Of a stretch of 64,000 bases of DNA, positions 1 to 12,800 are shown in pieces. Under the pieces are notes generated by a model that made no database searches, had not been told where the DNA came from, and saw only the letters and a program-made list of their open reading frames with translations. Each line of letters begins with the position of its first letter. The stretch's first letter is position 1. Made by a program: the position numbers and the translations under genes. The stretch lies in NCBI GenBank assembly GCA_051362555.1, contig CM120642.1:13268001-13332000 (forward strand), given 5' to 3'. The DNA comes from Lingula anatina (Eukaryota > Animalia > Brachiopoda).

Positions 1-936
1 TTTATTCATTTTTTATTTGGCTGAAAAAAATGGGAATTTTTGAAATAATGTGAATAAACCTAAATTAAAGGTAATATTATGTCAACAATAAAAGTTTTCC
101 TCAAAGAACTTGTAGATACATACGTTACCAATTTTTTTTCATTTTTGTTGTACTGAGTTCGACTGAGCCAACACGCAATTGTAACTGTGTGCAAAAAGAG
201 AAACTGGACGAAAAATAGCAGTTGTCTTCAAACGATTTGTAAAAATTGTCCATATAATACATGTGCGTGCTACGTCCTACATTCACGCAAGTATGTTTGT
301 ACGTCGCACATTCTTGTTGCATTTTCATACTGTGTTTCATACGCATCGATATATACATGTTACCTTTATCTAACGCTTTGTCAAAGATACGGATAAAAAA
401 ACGTAACGCGATTTGCCTTTGAGAAGGCTGTCAGAGAAGGCAGTATTTCTTTAAAGAGCGCTGTGTTTGGCGACGCTGTGTATAAATATGTCGTAAGCAT
501 TGTCAAGTATTTTGTTGACTGAGTATTAAGTGTACTACTATGTTGACATATTTACGTCAATGTGGAGCAACCTAGAATAAAAAGTGATTCACTCGCTTCT
601 CTGGGCAAGTATAGAAAAACAGACTAGGTCAATTCTATTACTTTACAAAAGGTAAAGATATACACGTATAGAAAGGTGTTTTCCTGTTATACCGCTTGGC
701 TTGCTTGTTACACTGGTACGAGTAGAAACAGGACAGTTCATTTGGCGTTGAAAATGTGTGGGGGACCCATTGTGTCCCCTCATTCCGCCATTTTATCCCT
801 ACATGTATATCAATATGTTTAATTTGGTATTTGTCCAGATCATTGACATGCTTATAAGAAATTGCACAAAAAAAACCTTTTCCCCTTTTACATGATCCAT
901 TCCTAAATAAACGTATAAAATGATGCCGTAAGACTA

Positions 937-946
937 GGGAAATCCC
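937..946. promoter_or_regulatory. Candidate NF-kB site GGGAAATCCC upstream of the ankyrin/death-fold gene
   Basis: Exact match to GGGRNWYYCC. Partial GGGGAATTTT motifs at 1209-1218 and, on the minus strand, at about 1438-1447 and 1473-1482. Confidence 0.35.
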
Positions 947-2169
947 CTAAAAAATTCCGTCGTTTTCTCTAATTGTTGAGTCGCCAAAATACAGATATAT
1001 TTCCCACCGTGCAGGAAGACGAAATTACTTCGTTTCCAACTGGTAAGTTAACATGATAATTTATCAATTTTTGGGATGTGATGTCAACCACATCAGTGTC
1101 AACGGATGACATACAACTAGTCGTAACTGATATGTACTTGAAATGTTGACATTAAGGGTAAAAACTTTCCGCACGGCATTGCAGAATTTTACACGTAAAT
1201 ATCGATCTGGGGAATTTTACTTGTACATTGGTTTCGGGAATGTGTCGTTAGAAGAATATTTCGTAAGTAGCCAATTTGAAAGAATTTGAATGGCAATCTT
1301 AACTGTTGGGATTAATTTACGCAGGTTATAATAAAACTGAATCAGGATATTGATTAAGATAAATTGAAGTGCACCAATGGTGGAGCAGGGGGAGGACACA
1401 ACAAAGAGATCAACGGCAATAAAAAGGGCATTTTCTTAAAATTCCCCGCGTCAATAAATAGAGTATTTTCTTAAAATTCCCCGCCTCACGTCTAATGATA
1501 GAAGTCGCCATTTTGTTCCTGTACGGGTTGCTTCCCACTCGTGAGTTAACCTGATATTTCATCATTTTTCTAAGCGATATATCTACTGTTCCAAATATAA
1601 ACGAGTGACGTATAACTCATTTTTTACTGGGGTGTCGATTTGTTGTTAACATTTTGATAAAAAAAACTTTGTATTCATCGATTAGTGTTTGTCAGTAAAA
1701 TTCTCCCTGGGTAATTTGGCTTAACTTTTTTCTTGAGCCCTGAATGTTTTTACGTGAAGATTTTACAAAATTCTCAAGTCTAAAGGATCATTTGACAACA
1801 ATAATAATATCAAGTAGAGGTATTGGAAACATAAGGGCGAATTTAAAGCTGGAGCGAGCATATTTTGGAAGAGTTTTTGGGAGGGTCACTCGAAAATAGC
1901 AAACTAGGAAATATGACGTTGGTTTGGCACCGGAATGTGTTGTTACGTGAATATTTCCTAATTATTCAGTTTTTAATAACTTGAATGATTATTTAGTTGA
2001 TAGGATTTATGCATGTATGTCCCTGAACCATTACAATTAAACTGAATCAGAAAATTAATTAAGATTAATTGAAGTGTTCCATTGTAATGTTACTGCATAT
2101 TATTTCAGAACCTGAAGTTAGACTGCATTGCACTTTCCATTGGAATCTGTATAGTAGTCACCAACCAGC

Positions 2170-4456
2170 ATGGGTAACACTATGTCCTGTGAGGTCGAAG
2201 ACGCTGCTAGAGCTAAAGAGAGGTTACAGGAACGGTTAACTACCGGACAGTGTAACGTCAATGGCAAAGGCTTGGTAACAAAGTTAATCACCCTCTCTGT
2301 AGTTGTACTATTTCCAGTATTTTGCTTTATACGTTACATTACAGGCTAGAAATATTGGTATGGTTCGTGAATACAAGCCTTACCTTATTTTGAGCAATCT
2401 AATGCCTCACTTTATTTCCCTCCCTTATAGAAGCCTACCCCACTGGATTTTTATGAGTAAAATAATAGTTGCTATGAACAATTCCCTCACATCATTCACA
2501 GAACGGGTCATGTATTATGTACAGGATAGTTCAGCTAGAATCCCGTATGCATCAGGACATCGCTGTATTTATCACTTTCAGAGATCATAATTTAGTTCTT
2601 TATGTTTAAGTACAAAGCGACATGCTCAAGGCATTACATGCTTTAACTATAATAAACTATTTCCATAAAAACCACTAATATTTTACAATTTTCACAGTTA
2701 TGTACATATCTACAAATGTGAAAGACCAACTCCACTTGTAGCGTAAATCAATCAAATGACATATGCTGTGTTTTAATTCTCATAAGCTAATAATTTAGCA
2801 TGAATAATAGCGTGTGATAGACCTTGGTGTTATGTCTCCAGTTGTGCAGCTGCTATGTTTTAAAAATGGATATGTTTACAGTACAAGCAAGGGTGCATTT
2901 ATTTCAATGTTGTAACTTTTTGTGTAGAATTATCGGCTTGAAATAATAATTTGAACTACTGGGTTGTAAATAGTCTACAACCTCCATTAAAAAAAAAAAA
3001 AAAAAAAAAATTATCATTAATACGGTACCGTTCAGATGTTTTTTTTTTTTTTTAATTTAAGTCTTATGCTTCATAAAACTTGCTGTGAGACTTTATATAC
3101 TTGGTATTTACCAGTGCATGTTTGTCCAACATTCGAATTATCTTTGTTAATCACATTCTTTGTACATATCCCAGGGTGGATGGACACCACTTCACGAGGC
3201 TACCTTTTACGGCCACATACAATGTGCTGAGCTTCTTCTCCAACACGGGGCGGTTACCAATATACAGGATGAGGTGAGTGTAGATCCCTATTATTTATCA
3301 TGCAAATGAGGTCTGCGGGAAGTTTGCAAATGAGAGTTCTTATGTCAAAGTTTGAAACATAACGTATCGTATATCAAATGGCTCGTATTTCTGTACCCTT
3401 TAATTTTATTAATTTACTTGGTTTTAGAAACTAATTTTGCCATATTGCAAGTTGCTTGTTCTGTGAGTAATTTTATGATAGATGTATTATTTTGTAAATA
3501 TTGATAGAGTTACTATTTATTAAATATATATGTTGTGACTGATTATCCAAAAGTCTGTAGGAGAATAACGTGTTTCTACGTCTGTGTTAAATCATATTTA
3601 TCCCAGTATGGTGAGACACCACTTCACGTCGCTGCGTGGTGCGACCGCAAACAATTTGTCCAGCTTCTCCTCCAACATGGAGCGGATACCAGTATTCAGG
3701 CTAAAGTAAGCGAAAATGCCTGAACACAGCGGTATATATAAACACGCACACACTGACACATACACATACACACACATGTTTGGACATAGCACGAAAGGTG
3801 CTTGACCGATTATTTGTTTTAGTTATCTCCATTATTCTAAAGCCCACGTGGAAACAAACGTTTGTAGGAGATACAAATGTATGAATACAACATGTAGTTA
3901 TCCAACTACAGATATGTAGCTCTGACTTGAAACGTGTATATGAATGCTAAAATTGCTATCCCATATAGCTTGTAATGATTTTTTTCTGATTCCACAGAAA
4001 CAAAAGACATCAAGAATGATGGCAGAAGAGAAAGAACACACTGCCGTTGCAGAACTGCTGAAGCGTTTTGAAATACCAGATATACAGGTATACATGTACG
4101 TGTATGTACACACACTAGACAATAGAAGTTTCACCCCTACTAAACGAATACTTTGGGGGAGATAAATGACTGTGGAATGATATGCTCCTGGTATCATTTT
4201 ATTAACATCAAATTTCACAAAAGAGTTAAGATACTTCATGGTATATTACCACTTCATAGGATAAGAATTACTACTTCATGATAGAAGGCGACTTCATTGG
4301 TTAAAAAATAAGGACCCTTAGGAGACTTCGTAGTATATTACCACTTCATGGTACATTGTATCCAAACATGTTTCAGTTCTGGTTGGATGTGGAAATTAGG
4401 CGTAAAGGTCGATATGATGTTTCATTCTAGACCTTGAATTCCAGAGTGACGCGTGT

Positions 4457-4513
<57 letters not shown>

Positions 4514-5731
4514 GGGGGGGAGTAACATTACTCACTCACATGATAGTGCGTATTTTATCTCGTTGGAGTTTAATGAAGCTGTTATTTTCATATGTTCTCG
4601 TAGATACCCGTGAGATTAACTTCTATAAATAATGTACTTTATTTCAAGAGCTCCGGTCCAGTGGCGGAAAGCATAAAGCTAGTTTTTTTTACCCATTTAG
4701 TTTTGAAATTTTTCAGATTTCAGGACGTTTAAAAACTGACAATATTTGGACGTTGAATCATGGCGGGTCTAAGGCACTAGATGTATAAGGCAAACGAAGT
4801 ATATAAATAAACACATTGTCTGCCTTTAAACTAGGGCATAAAACTGACCATGTGTGGTTTGATTGACGGCGCAGGTTTATAGATGTGGCTAGTACACAGT
4901 AGCAAGAATGTATGTCTTTCCACTGTAGGTAGAGAACTCTACTAGGCAGAGAGGTCTTAATTTTGCTCCACACTAGGTGTACATTAATATCTTTAACAAA
5001 CCGTCTATTCCATTATTCGTGTTATAGAAGCATCTCTTTTGTAACTATGACATAAATGTTATGACTTGCAATAACAAGCTGTAAAAATAGGCTTTTCTAT
5101 TGATATGCAACAAATATGTTTCGAAAATATCTCGGTCGTTTAAAAAGATTGACCTCCTGGCCTATATACTTAATGAAAACGCTTAGGTCGGAAAGTCTGA
5201 AATCTGAATGATTTGAAACGGTCAACTGTCCAGATAGATGTTGGGGAGAATGAAATGCTGGGGATTCATAAAACTGGTGTAGAGCCGCATTTTGCAACTG
5301 CAACGCATTTTGCAACCAAAGAAAATCGTGAAAACGAAATTTTCAACCGGAACGCATTTTGCAACCAGAATTTTTTCTTAGTCAATAAATAGCTAGTGAG
5401 AAGTTCTATAGAGGTAGAATTGGAATGGGGACGGGGTTGTCTCGGGTAGGTACGCTTACATTGGTCAAGCTTTCCCTGTGGTGGACAATTTATTATATAC
5501 ATGCATAATCTATTTCACATTGTTACTTCCTAAACCATCATAGTTAGGAACTTGATACGTCGGGGATTAATAAACATATCATTATAGGGATTTGCAAAGG
5601 CTCTTCGGAATTCAATTGTGACTTGGGGTGTGGTCGACCCTGGGGGTGGTCTATTCTAATTTTTACATCGTATTTTATGCTAGGAGCATGAAACGTGGCT
5701 ACATACTATTTTGAATGTGGAAGGGCACTTC

Positions 5732-5762
<31 letters not shown>

Positions 5763-6859
5763 GGGGGGGGGGGGGGTCCTGGGGGCGGTTGAGTCTAATT
5801 GACATTGTTATTCCTGCTATATCTATCCTGAGACCAATAAAGCTGGGAACGTAAGGCTATGGGGATTGAAAAATCTGTCTTTGGGGATGTGTATGGGTCC
5901 TTCTCGGTTTTTGTGACATTGGGTGTGGCCATCCCTGGGGAGGTTGATTTTAAATTTTACATCGTTATTCGTGCTTCTACCCTTACGCCATTACAGTTGG
6001 GAACATGAAACCTTCCGGGCTGATAAGCTTACCATTGAGGATATGCATAGGTTTCCGGGAATGTTAGTATGATATTTCAGGTGTGGCTATCCCGGGGGGT
6101 GGTTGATTCTATTTTTCACTACTTTATTTCTGCCATCTATACCCTTAAATTTTAAGGAACATGGAACGGAGATTGATGAACCTGTCATTTTAATGAATGT
6201 GCATGGGTCCTTGAGAAATGTAGAGAACAGCAGAAGCACATACAGAACTAAATGGACTTCCAGCCATATGCATAAATATAGGTCAGGGAATCCATTTAAA
6301 AACTAATTCAAGGCCCCACACACTCGATCAGGAATCCTAGCGTTTAACTTCTGTTGTGTCTTAACACAAAACAAAAATGTTTATTTCCCAAGAGCAGTAA
6401 TTAACATGTGTGTTTTATGTTAAAGAACAATGGGACTTGGACCCTAGGATTCCTGAGAGTATGGGGTCTTGAATGGGTTTTAATTAACTTGACCTATATT
6501 CAAGAATACGACTGAAGGTCTGTTATTTAGTACTGTCTGCTGCTTTCTGTACATTTCCCCTTCCTTCCTAACTCGAAGACCGCCACCAGATTCACACATA
6601 CAGGGTAGGATGTAGTACTAGCTGGGTCGGTCCAACTCTGCAAGGAATCTTAATTGCAATCTATGGAATCAGCTTCATTGCCTGACAAACCACTAATCAC
6701 TCCACCCCCTAGGGACGGCCACTCCCCAAGTCACACTAATGTAGCCCACCCATGCACCAAAGACTCATGTTCCTAATTCGAATGGTCTAGGGGGAGATGA
6801 AATAAATTACGGTAATATATATGTGTACCATCCCCAGGGACAGCCACACCCCAGGTCAC

Positions 6860-6890
<31 letters not shown>

Positions 6891-9800
6891 CTGCCTATGC
6901 ACACCCCGACATTTTAGTTTCCTCAACCTAAAGACCTATGGGTATATAGCAGAAAATACAATTTAAAGATAATAATCAACCACCCCTAGGTCACCAAAGT
7001 CACCAAAAATCCGAAGGACACGTGCACATCCCTAATGGCAAGTTTAAATATCCCCAACGTCTCTTGTTCCTCACTTTAATGGATAGAGGATACCAGTAAC
7101 AACGATATAAAAAAATATATACCCCCCCAAGGACTGCAAAGTCCCACTACTAAAGGTCTACGGGTAGATAGCAGAAATTACGATGTAAAAATTACAATCA
7201 ACCACAATTACAATCAACCACAATTCTGAATAAATATCAATCTACAAGCCTGTTGATCTCGCAGATCAGCTACGTTAATTAGGCTGCTAAACAACAAGTA
7301 GGCCTACCCCCCCCCCCCCCCTCCGAACGCCTTATTAACAGGTTTCCAAATGCAGACTGTGCCGCAGATAATACTTTCGGGCCAAATGAGAGCCAGCCAA
7401 GGGCACATTTCGGGAACACCATTGATCACGCCATGATGGACATTCACAGGTGTAGGACCAGAACAGAGCATCTCGGAAACCAAGGGACAGACGTAAATCA
7501 TAACACCTCATGGAAAAATTAGTCTTTTCAGAGTGGGATGCGACTTGATCAAGATAATTGTAGAGCACAATTATATACACGACCTTCTCTGCTTCTTTTT
7601 ATTATCTATTTATTTATCTTTAATAATTGATTCCTATTTGTTTATCTATCCATCTTATAATCCAGTAACCTACGCGTAAATTATGTTTTCATAGCCTGGT
7701 TTACCTGATCCAGTAGTTTTATGTATCAAGCGGATCTGGGAGGGGAGGACCCAGGGGGTCTGGACCCCCCATTTCTTCCACGCTGATCATAATCTCCCAT
7801 AATGTACTGATTTTTAGAAATACTGGATCCTCACCTACATACGCCTGTGTATTTTAAAATTACTCAAAACATGCATCCAATACCACTAAAGAAACCCTAT
7901 TCAGTCATACAAGTGAATTAAAACGTACAGTTTACCTATTTTGGATAATATTTACAGTACAAAAACATTATATTTCAAAAATGTTCTCTCTCATAACGTT
8001 GGGCCAACAACAGGTACTTTTTCACTATTATCCCATGAAGTCGCAGGCAATATCTTATGTGGAGATGAAGTCGCAATTTATCCTATGAAGTCGATTTGAC
8101 AGTTAAATCAGAGCATTTATCCCATGAAGTGGTAATATACCATGAAGTATCTTAACAGTTGTTAAGATTGAACAATTCAACTGTATCGATATTCTGACAT
8201 TGCTTATATTTCGCCTCTTCAGGTTAATAACTTTGATTACTCTGATTCAGGGGGTGACACTTCTATTGTCCAGTGTGTGTAGATGTGTGGAAGTGGTTAA
8301 CGCATATTGGCTTATGATATATGGAGTTTCAATAGTAAAGACATTGTGTTGAAACCAATTATTATTGTTATTATTATTATTTACTATTGTTTAATAGCAA
8401 CAGGATTATTCCTAGGAGAATGTTAAGTACTCTATGTATAGATTTGGAGACCCCTCTCTGTGAATTTGTAGCCCTCTCACTTCGCTAGCCTCCTAGCGCT
8501 GTCTCTGTATTGGGGTTAGATTATTGTATAACGGGTAGTGGCGCGTTCAATCTGGTGAGGGGTGTCGGCCGGACCCCATTGGTCAGTAACCCCCATGTTA
8601 CGGGGATAAGTGGCGTGATCGATCTGGTGAGGGGTGTTGGCTGGATGTTATTGGCCAGAAACTCTGATATTAGTTAGTTACTCTTAGAACGATCTTCATT
8701 CACTCACACGATACTCAGAAGATACACGCCGTTCTAGTTCTTCAGTAGGAAGACGCAACTCCGTCAACCGTAGGAGTTAAAGTAAGCGCTTTTATTTTAT
8801 TGATATGTTAGTGAGATAATAGTGAGTTTTAAGGTTGTTTTAATGTTAAGTTATATGATTTAGTTCGTAAACATACCTTAAATTGCTGCCGCGACGATCT
8901 TTGATAGCGTTCAGTGTCATTTAACGATACAGGTTTACTTAGGGTGATTTCGTGTTTGTTTTCGTTTGCGCAATGTGTCACTACAATTTATCTGGCGTAT
9001 TTCATTGTATAAACCCTCTGTAAAAGCTATTTTCGATCGTAGAACGGCTATTTAGCTTAGCGCAAACTTACTGTATCAGCGTTGTTATTCAAGTGATATC
9101 GTGTAGAGTTTAGCGTGTCAACGAATTTATTGTTGGTTCCCGTTTTCAGGTCATTGCGAATCTGTAGCACGTTCTCAGTACTGCTTCGCACGTTTTAGCC
9201 GGTGACACCACTTCTTGTAAGTATTTATATTTGTTTATCTAGTACGGTAAATGTTGTTGAATTTAGAACAGATACATGTACGTTGTGTTGTGCATTGGTA
9301 TTGAAATTAAGCTTTAGTACAAAAAACGTTATTTAAATTGCTCACTTTTATTACCGTAATTATCGTTAAGTTTTATACAGCATTCTTACTATCATCACAA
9401 CTATGTTACCGTAATTGGCCTTCAGTTTTTAGACGAAATAGTTTTGTAAAGTTTACTTTGTTATTGTCTTTGTACTTATATTTTGTTTATTTTTTCTTAT
9501 TAAAGTTTACCGCTATTACATCTCAACAAGACGTGTTGTGTTGTATGGTAGGCTGTCTGATGACGATAGTCAACGGTCAGAACAGTAAAAAGAAGTGAAC
9601 CACTGCCCCAGACGTGAGCAAGATGTCTACAGACCCAGCACACGTGGCCCTTCCCCCCAGCAACCCCTCAGATAACGATGTGTCTGACGACGAATCGCAG
9701 CCCATGGGAGATGTTTCAGCGCCCGCCAGTGAACCCACACAGACTGCAGAACAGACCGACATAAGCAGAGAAAAGAGACATTCAAAATTAACTGAAAAAG

Positions 9801-12800
9801 CTGAAGCTGCATATATGGACTCGAAACAGCAATTAGAAAGTAAACTGGATAAGGTTTGGCAGTTAGTTAGAGATCAGATAGTTAGTTTGCAAGAATGCGA
9901 TAATGAAGTAGTAGTTATTCAAAATAGTATGTCTGTCTTAAGAGCTCAGTTTGCTAAATATTGTATAGTACAAGAAGAAATTAGTTCTCTGCACATTAGA
10001 GCCAACACGGCTATTAGTTTACGGGAACAAGGGAAGTTGATGAACATTGGTCAGCACCGTGAGGAATTTGTCCAAAAGACCTTGAGTGAAGCAAGAACTA
10101 GGTGCCAAGAGTTAACAGAGACCTCTTCCATTACATCCTCAAGGAAATCGGGGTCGTCAGTAACCATCTCCTCTGTGAGCAGCGCAAGGAGAGCCCGACT
10201 AGAAAAGGAAGCTACAAAGCTGGAGGAGGAAAGAAGAAAAATGGAGGCCACAGCAAGAAGACAGCTAGAAGAGGTGGATATTGAAGCAAAACGTCAGAAA
10301 GAGAAGGCTCGAGTCCTAGAGAGGAAGGCAGCGGAAGAGGCAGAAAACTCCCGCAAGCGCGCCGACCTGAGGATAGACCTTGACACGCTGGCTGAACCAT
10401 GTAATGACGCTGATAGTCAGTCAGTACTATCAGCTCTTCCACAGACCTCTAAAGCTGACATGGTGAGGGAATTCGTCCGTAACCAAGATGAAGAGAAGTT
10501 GGAAAAGTCCCAAGACATCCAGGACTCATCACCGGCAGGCAATCAGGCCATTCAAGGTTGGGTCCAGCACTTCTTGAAAAGAGACTTGGTGTCCAACGGC
10601 CTCGAGAAATTTGATGATACTCCAGAGAATTTTCTCTCTTGGCGGCTGTCATTTAAAAACGTAGTGAATGGAGCGCAACTTTCCCCGAGAGAAGAGCTTG
10701 ATCTCCTGGTGAAGTGGAGTGGAACGCAATCTGCACAGTTGGTCAAGAAAATACGGGCAGTACACGTCAACCGCCCAAGTGTTGGACTCAAAACGGCGTG
10801 GGAGCGATTGGAAGAAAACTTTGGCAAGCCAGAAGTCATCTCCATCTCCCTGATATCAAAGGTGCGCGACACCAGAAAAATGGGCAAGACCGATCACCGT
10901 GCCCTTAGAGATTTCGGGGATGCCCTAGCCATGCTAGAGTACGCCAAAGAAGACAGCAGCCTCCCAGGGTTAGAGTATTTAGATACGTTCATGGGCATCA
11001 ATCCGCTTGTGGACAAGCTTCCAGACGATCTGCAGGACAAATGGAGATCCAGAGCCCACCGTTATAAGCAAACTAACGGGAAGTTTCCACCTTTCATGGT
11101 CTTTTCTGAATTTGTTAGAAAGCATGCCTTAGAAAGAAGCGATCGTAGTTTTTCAGTGAGGCTTACAGAGCAGCCCGAGACTAAGTGTCCTTCCAGGATG
11201 CAAAGGATGCACAGTAAACAAAACGTTAATGTTCACAAAACAGATGTGACAAAAACCGTTCGATGTCCAGTACACAAAGAGGGGAACCATTCTGCGGACA
11301 AGTGCCGAGTGCTGTTATCCAAACTGCCCAACGAAAGAAGGGAAATGGTGAAGAAGTCAGGTTTTTGCTTACGTTGTATCGCCACAACGTCCCACAGGGC
11401 CAGAGATTGCAGGGTTGAAGTGAAATGTGGCAAGTTTGGCAGTGAACGGCACCTAGAGATTCTTCACATCGAGATGAAGAAGACTACAACACCTGAAGTA
11501 CGAGCCCATGGCGGGGAGAATGTGGAAGAAGTGCGTACTTCGTGCACAGAAGTGTGTGGCTCCAGTGTGGAGTCTAAATCATGTGCCAAGATCTGCTTGG
11601 CAAACGTCTATCACAAAGACAGACCCTCATCAGTAGTACGGGCGTATGTAGTAATGGACGACCAGAGTAATCGGTCTCTGGGCAAGTCAGAGTTATTTCA
11701 ACAGTTGGGCGTCGACACAGAACTAGTCCCCTTCTCCTTGTCTACATGTTCCGGCAAGTCTCAGATTGTCGGCAGGCGAGCAGAACACCTCGTGGTGGAA
11801 GCAATCAACGGGTCGACAAAGATATGTTTACCTACTGTTTTGGAGTGCAACGACATTCCTGATAATAGGAATGAAATACCAGTTCCAGGGGTAGCAGCGC
11901 ACCATGCCCATCTGCGACATCTAAAAGCTCAGATTCCAGAGATAGATCCACAGGCCGATATTTTACTATTAATTGGGCGAGATGTGCCACAGGCCCACAA
12001 GGTGAGGGAGTCAAGGAACGGGCCCAACGACGCACCATGGGCCCAGCGCCTGGATCTAGGATGGGTCATCCTTGGAGAAGTATGTACAGGAAACGTCCAT
12101 CGCACTCCCCAGGTCAGCACTTTCAGAACCAATATTATGGAAAATGGCAGACCAACTCTATTTGAGCCGTGCACGCGACGGATGACCATTACAGAGAGAT
12201 ATGAAGGCCGGTTCAGAGACAATATTGGGAAAGGAATTTACGTTCGCACTGATGATGACAATATGAAGGGGCCCAGCATTGAAGACAGGGAATTTATGGA
12301 GCTGATGAAAACAGAAATGCAGCGAGAGGAGTCAGGCCATTTGATCGCCCCTTTGCCGTTCAAACATGTCAGGAAGATCCTACCGAATAACAAGGAGAGG
12401 GTATACCAAAGGCTAAGATCACTCTCCAAGAGCCTTAGGAAAAATCAGGAGTTAAAAGATCATTACGTCACATTTATGAGCACAATGTTAGAGAAAGGCC
12501 ACGCAGAACCAGCGCCCCCTCTGAGACCCGGCCAAGAAGCATGGTACCTGCCGCATTTTGGGGTTTACCACGCAAAGAAACCCGGAAAGATAAGAGTCGT
12601 TTTTGATTCCAGTGACACGTTCAATGGAACCTCCCTCAATGATGTTCTCCTTACGGGGCCTGACCTTCTAAACAACCTATTAGGAGTGCTTCTCAGATTC
12701 AGGTCGGATTTGGTTGCATGTATGGCAGACATAGAACAGATGTTTTATTCATTTCATGTTAAAGAAGAACACAGAGACTTCTTGCGGTTCCTTTGGTTTG

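Larger units (their letters stand above)
4230..8151. mobile_element. Non-autonomous TIR DNA transposon with TTAA target duplication (Kolobok-like), with nested insertions
   Basis: Left end TTAA|GATACTTCATGGTATATTACCACTTCATAGGATAA; right end TTATCCCATGAAGTGGTAATATACCATGAAGTATC|TTAA (8152-8155). Five or six subterminal ACTTCAT/ATGAAGT motifs at each end. No transposase ORF. TTAA plus purine-purine termini fits Kolobok. Confidence 0.65.

Noticed and set aside
4471-4520. Long poly-G tracts as functional G-quadruplexes (also about 5763, 7307, 19255, 47098, 53821)
   Set aside because: Mostly homopolymers within TE remnants, prone to slippage and assembly error; no independent support.
8223-8276. 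Possible extra host exon (ttcag|[18 protein letters not shown])
   Set aside because: The acceptor is good but the only in-phase donor is weak (gtgtag), and exon 4 joins exon 5 in frame without it. Not excluded without RNA data.
9338-9598. Hydrophobic 86-88 aa ORF (also 16581-16847) as an env-like or accessory gene
   Set aside because: It lies in T-rich LTR sequence, starts at TTG and appears twice only because the LTR is duplicated.
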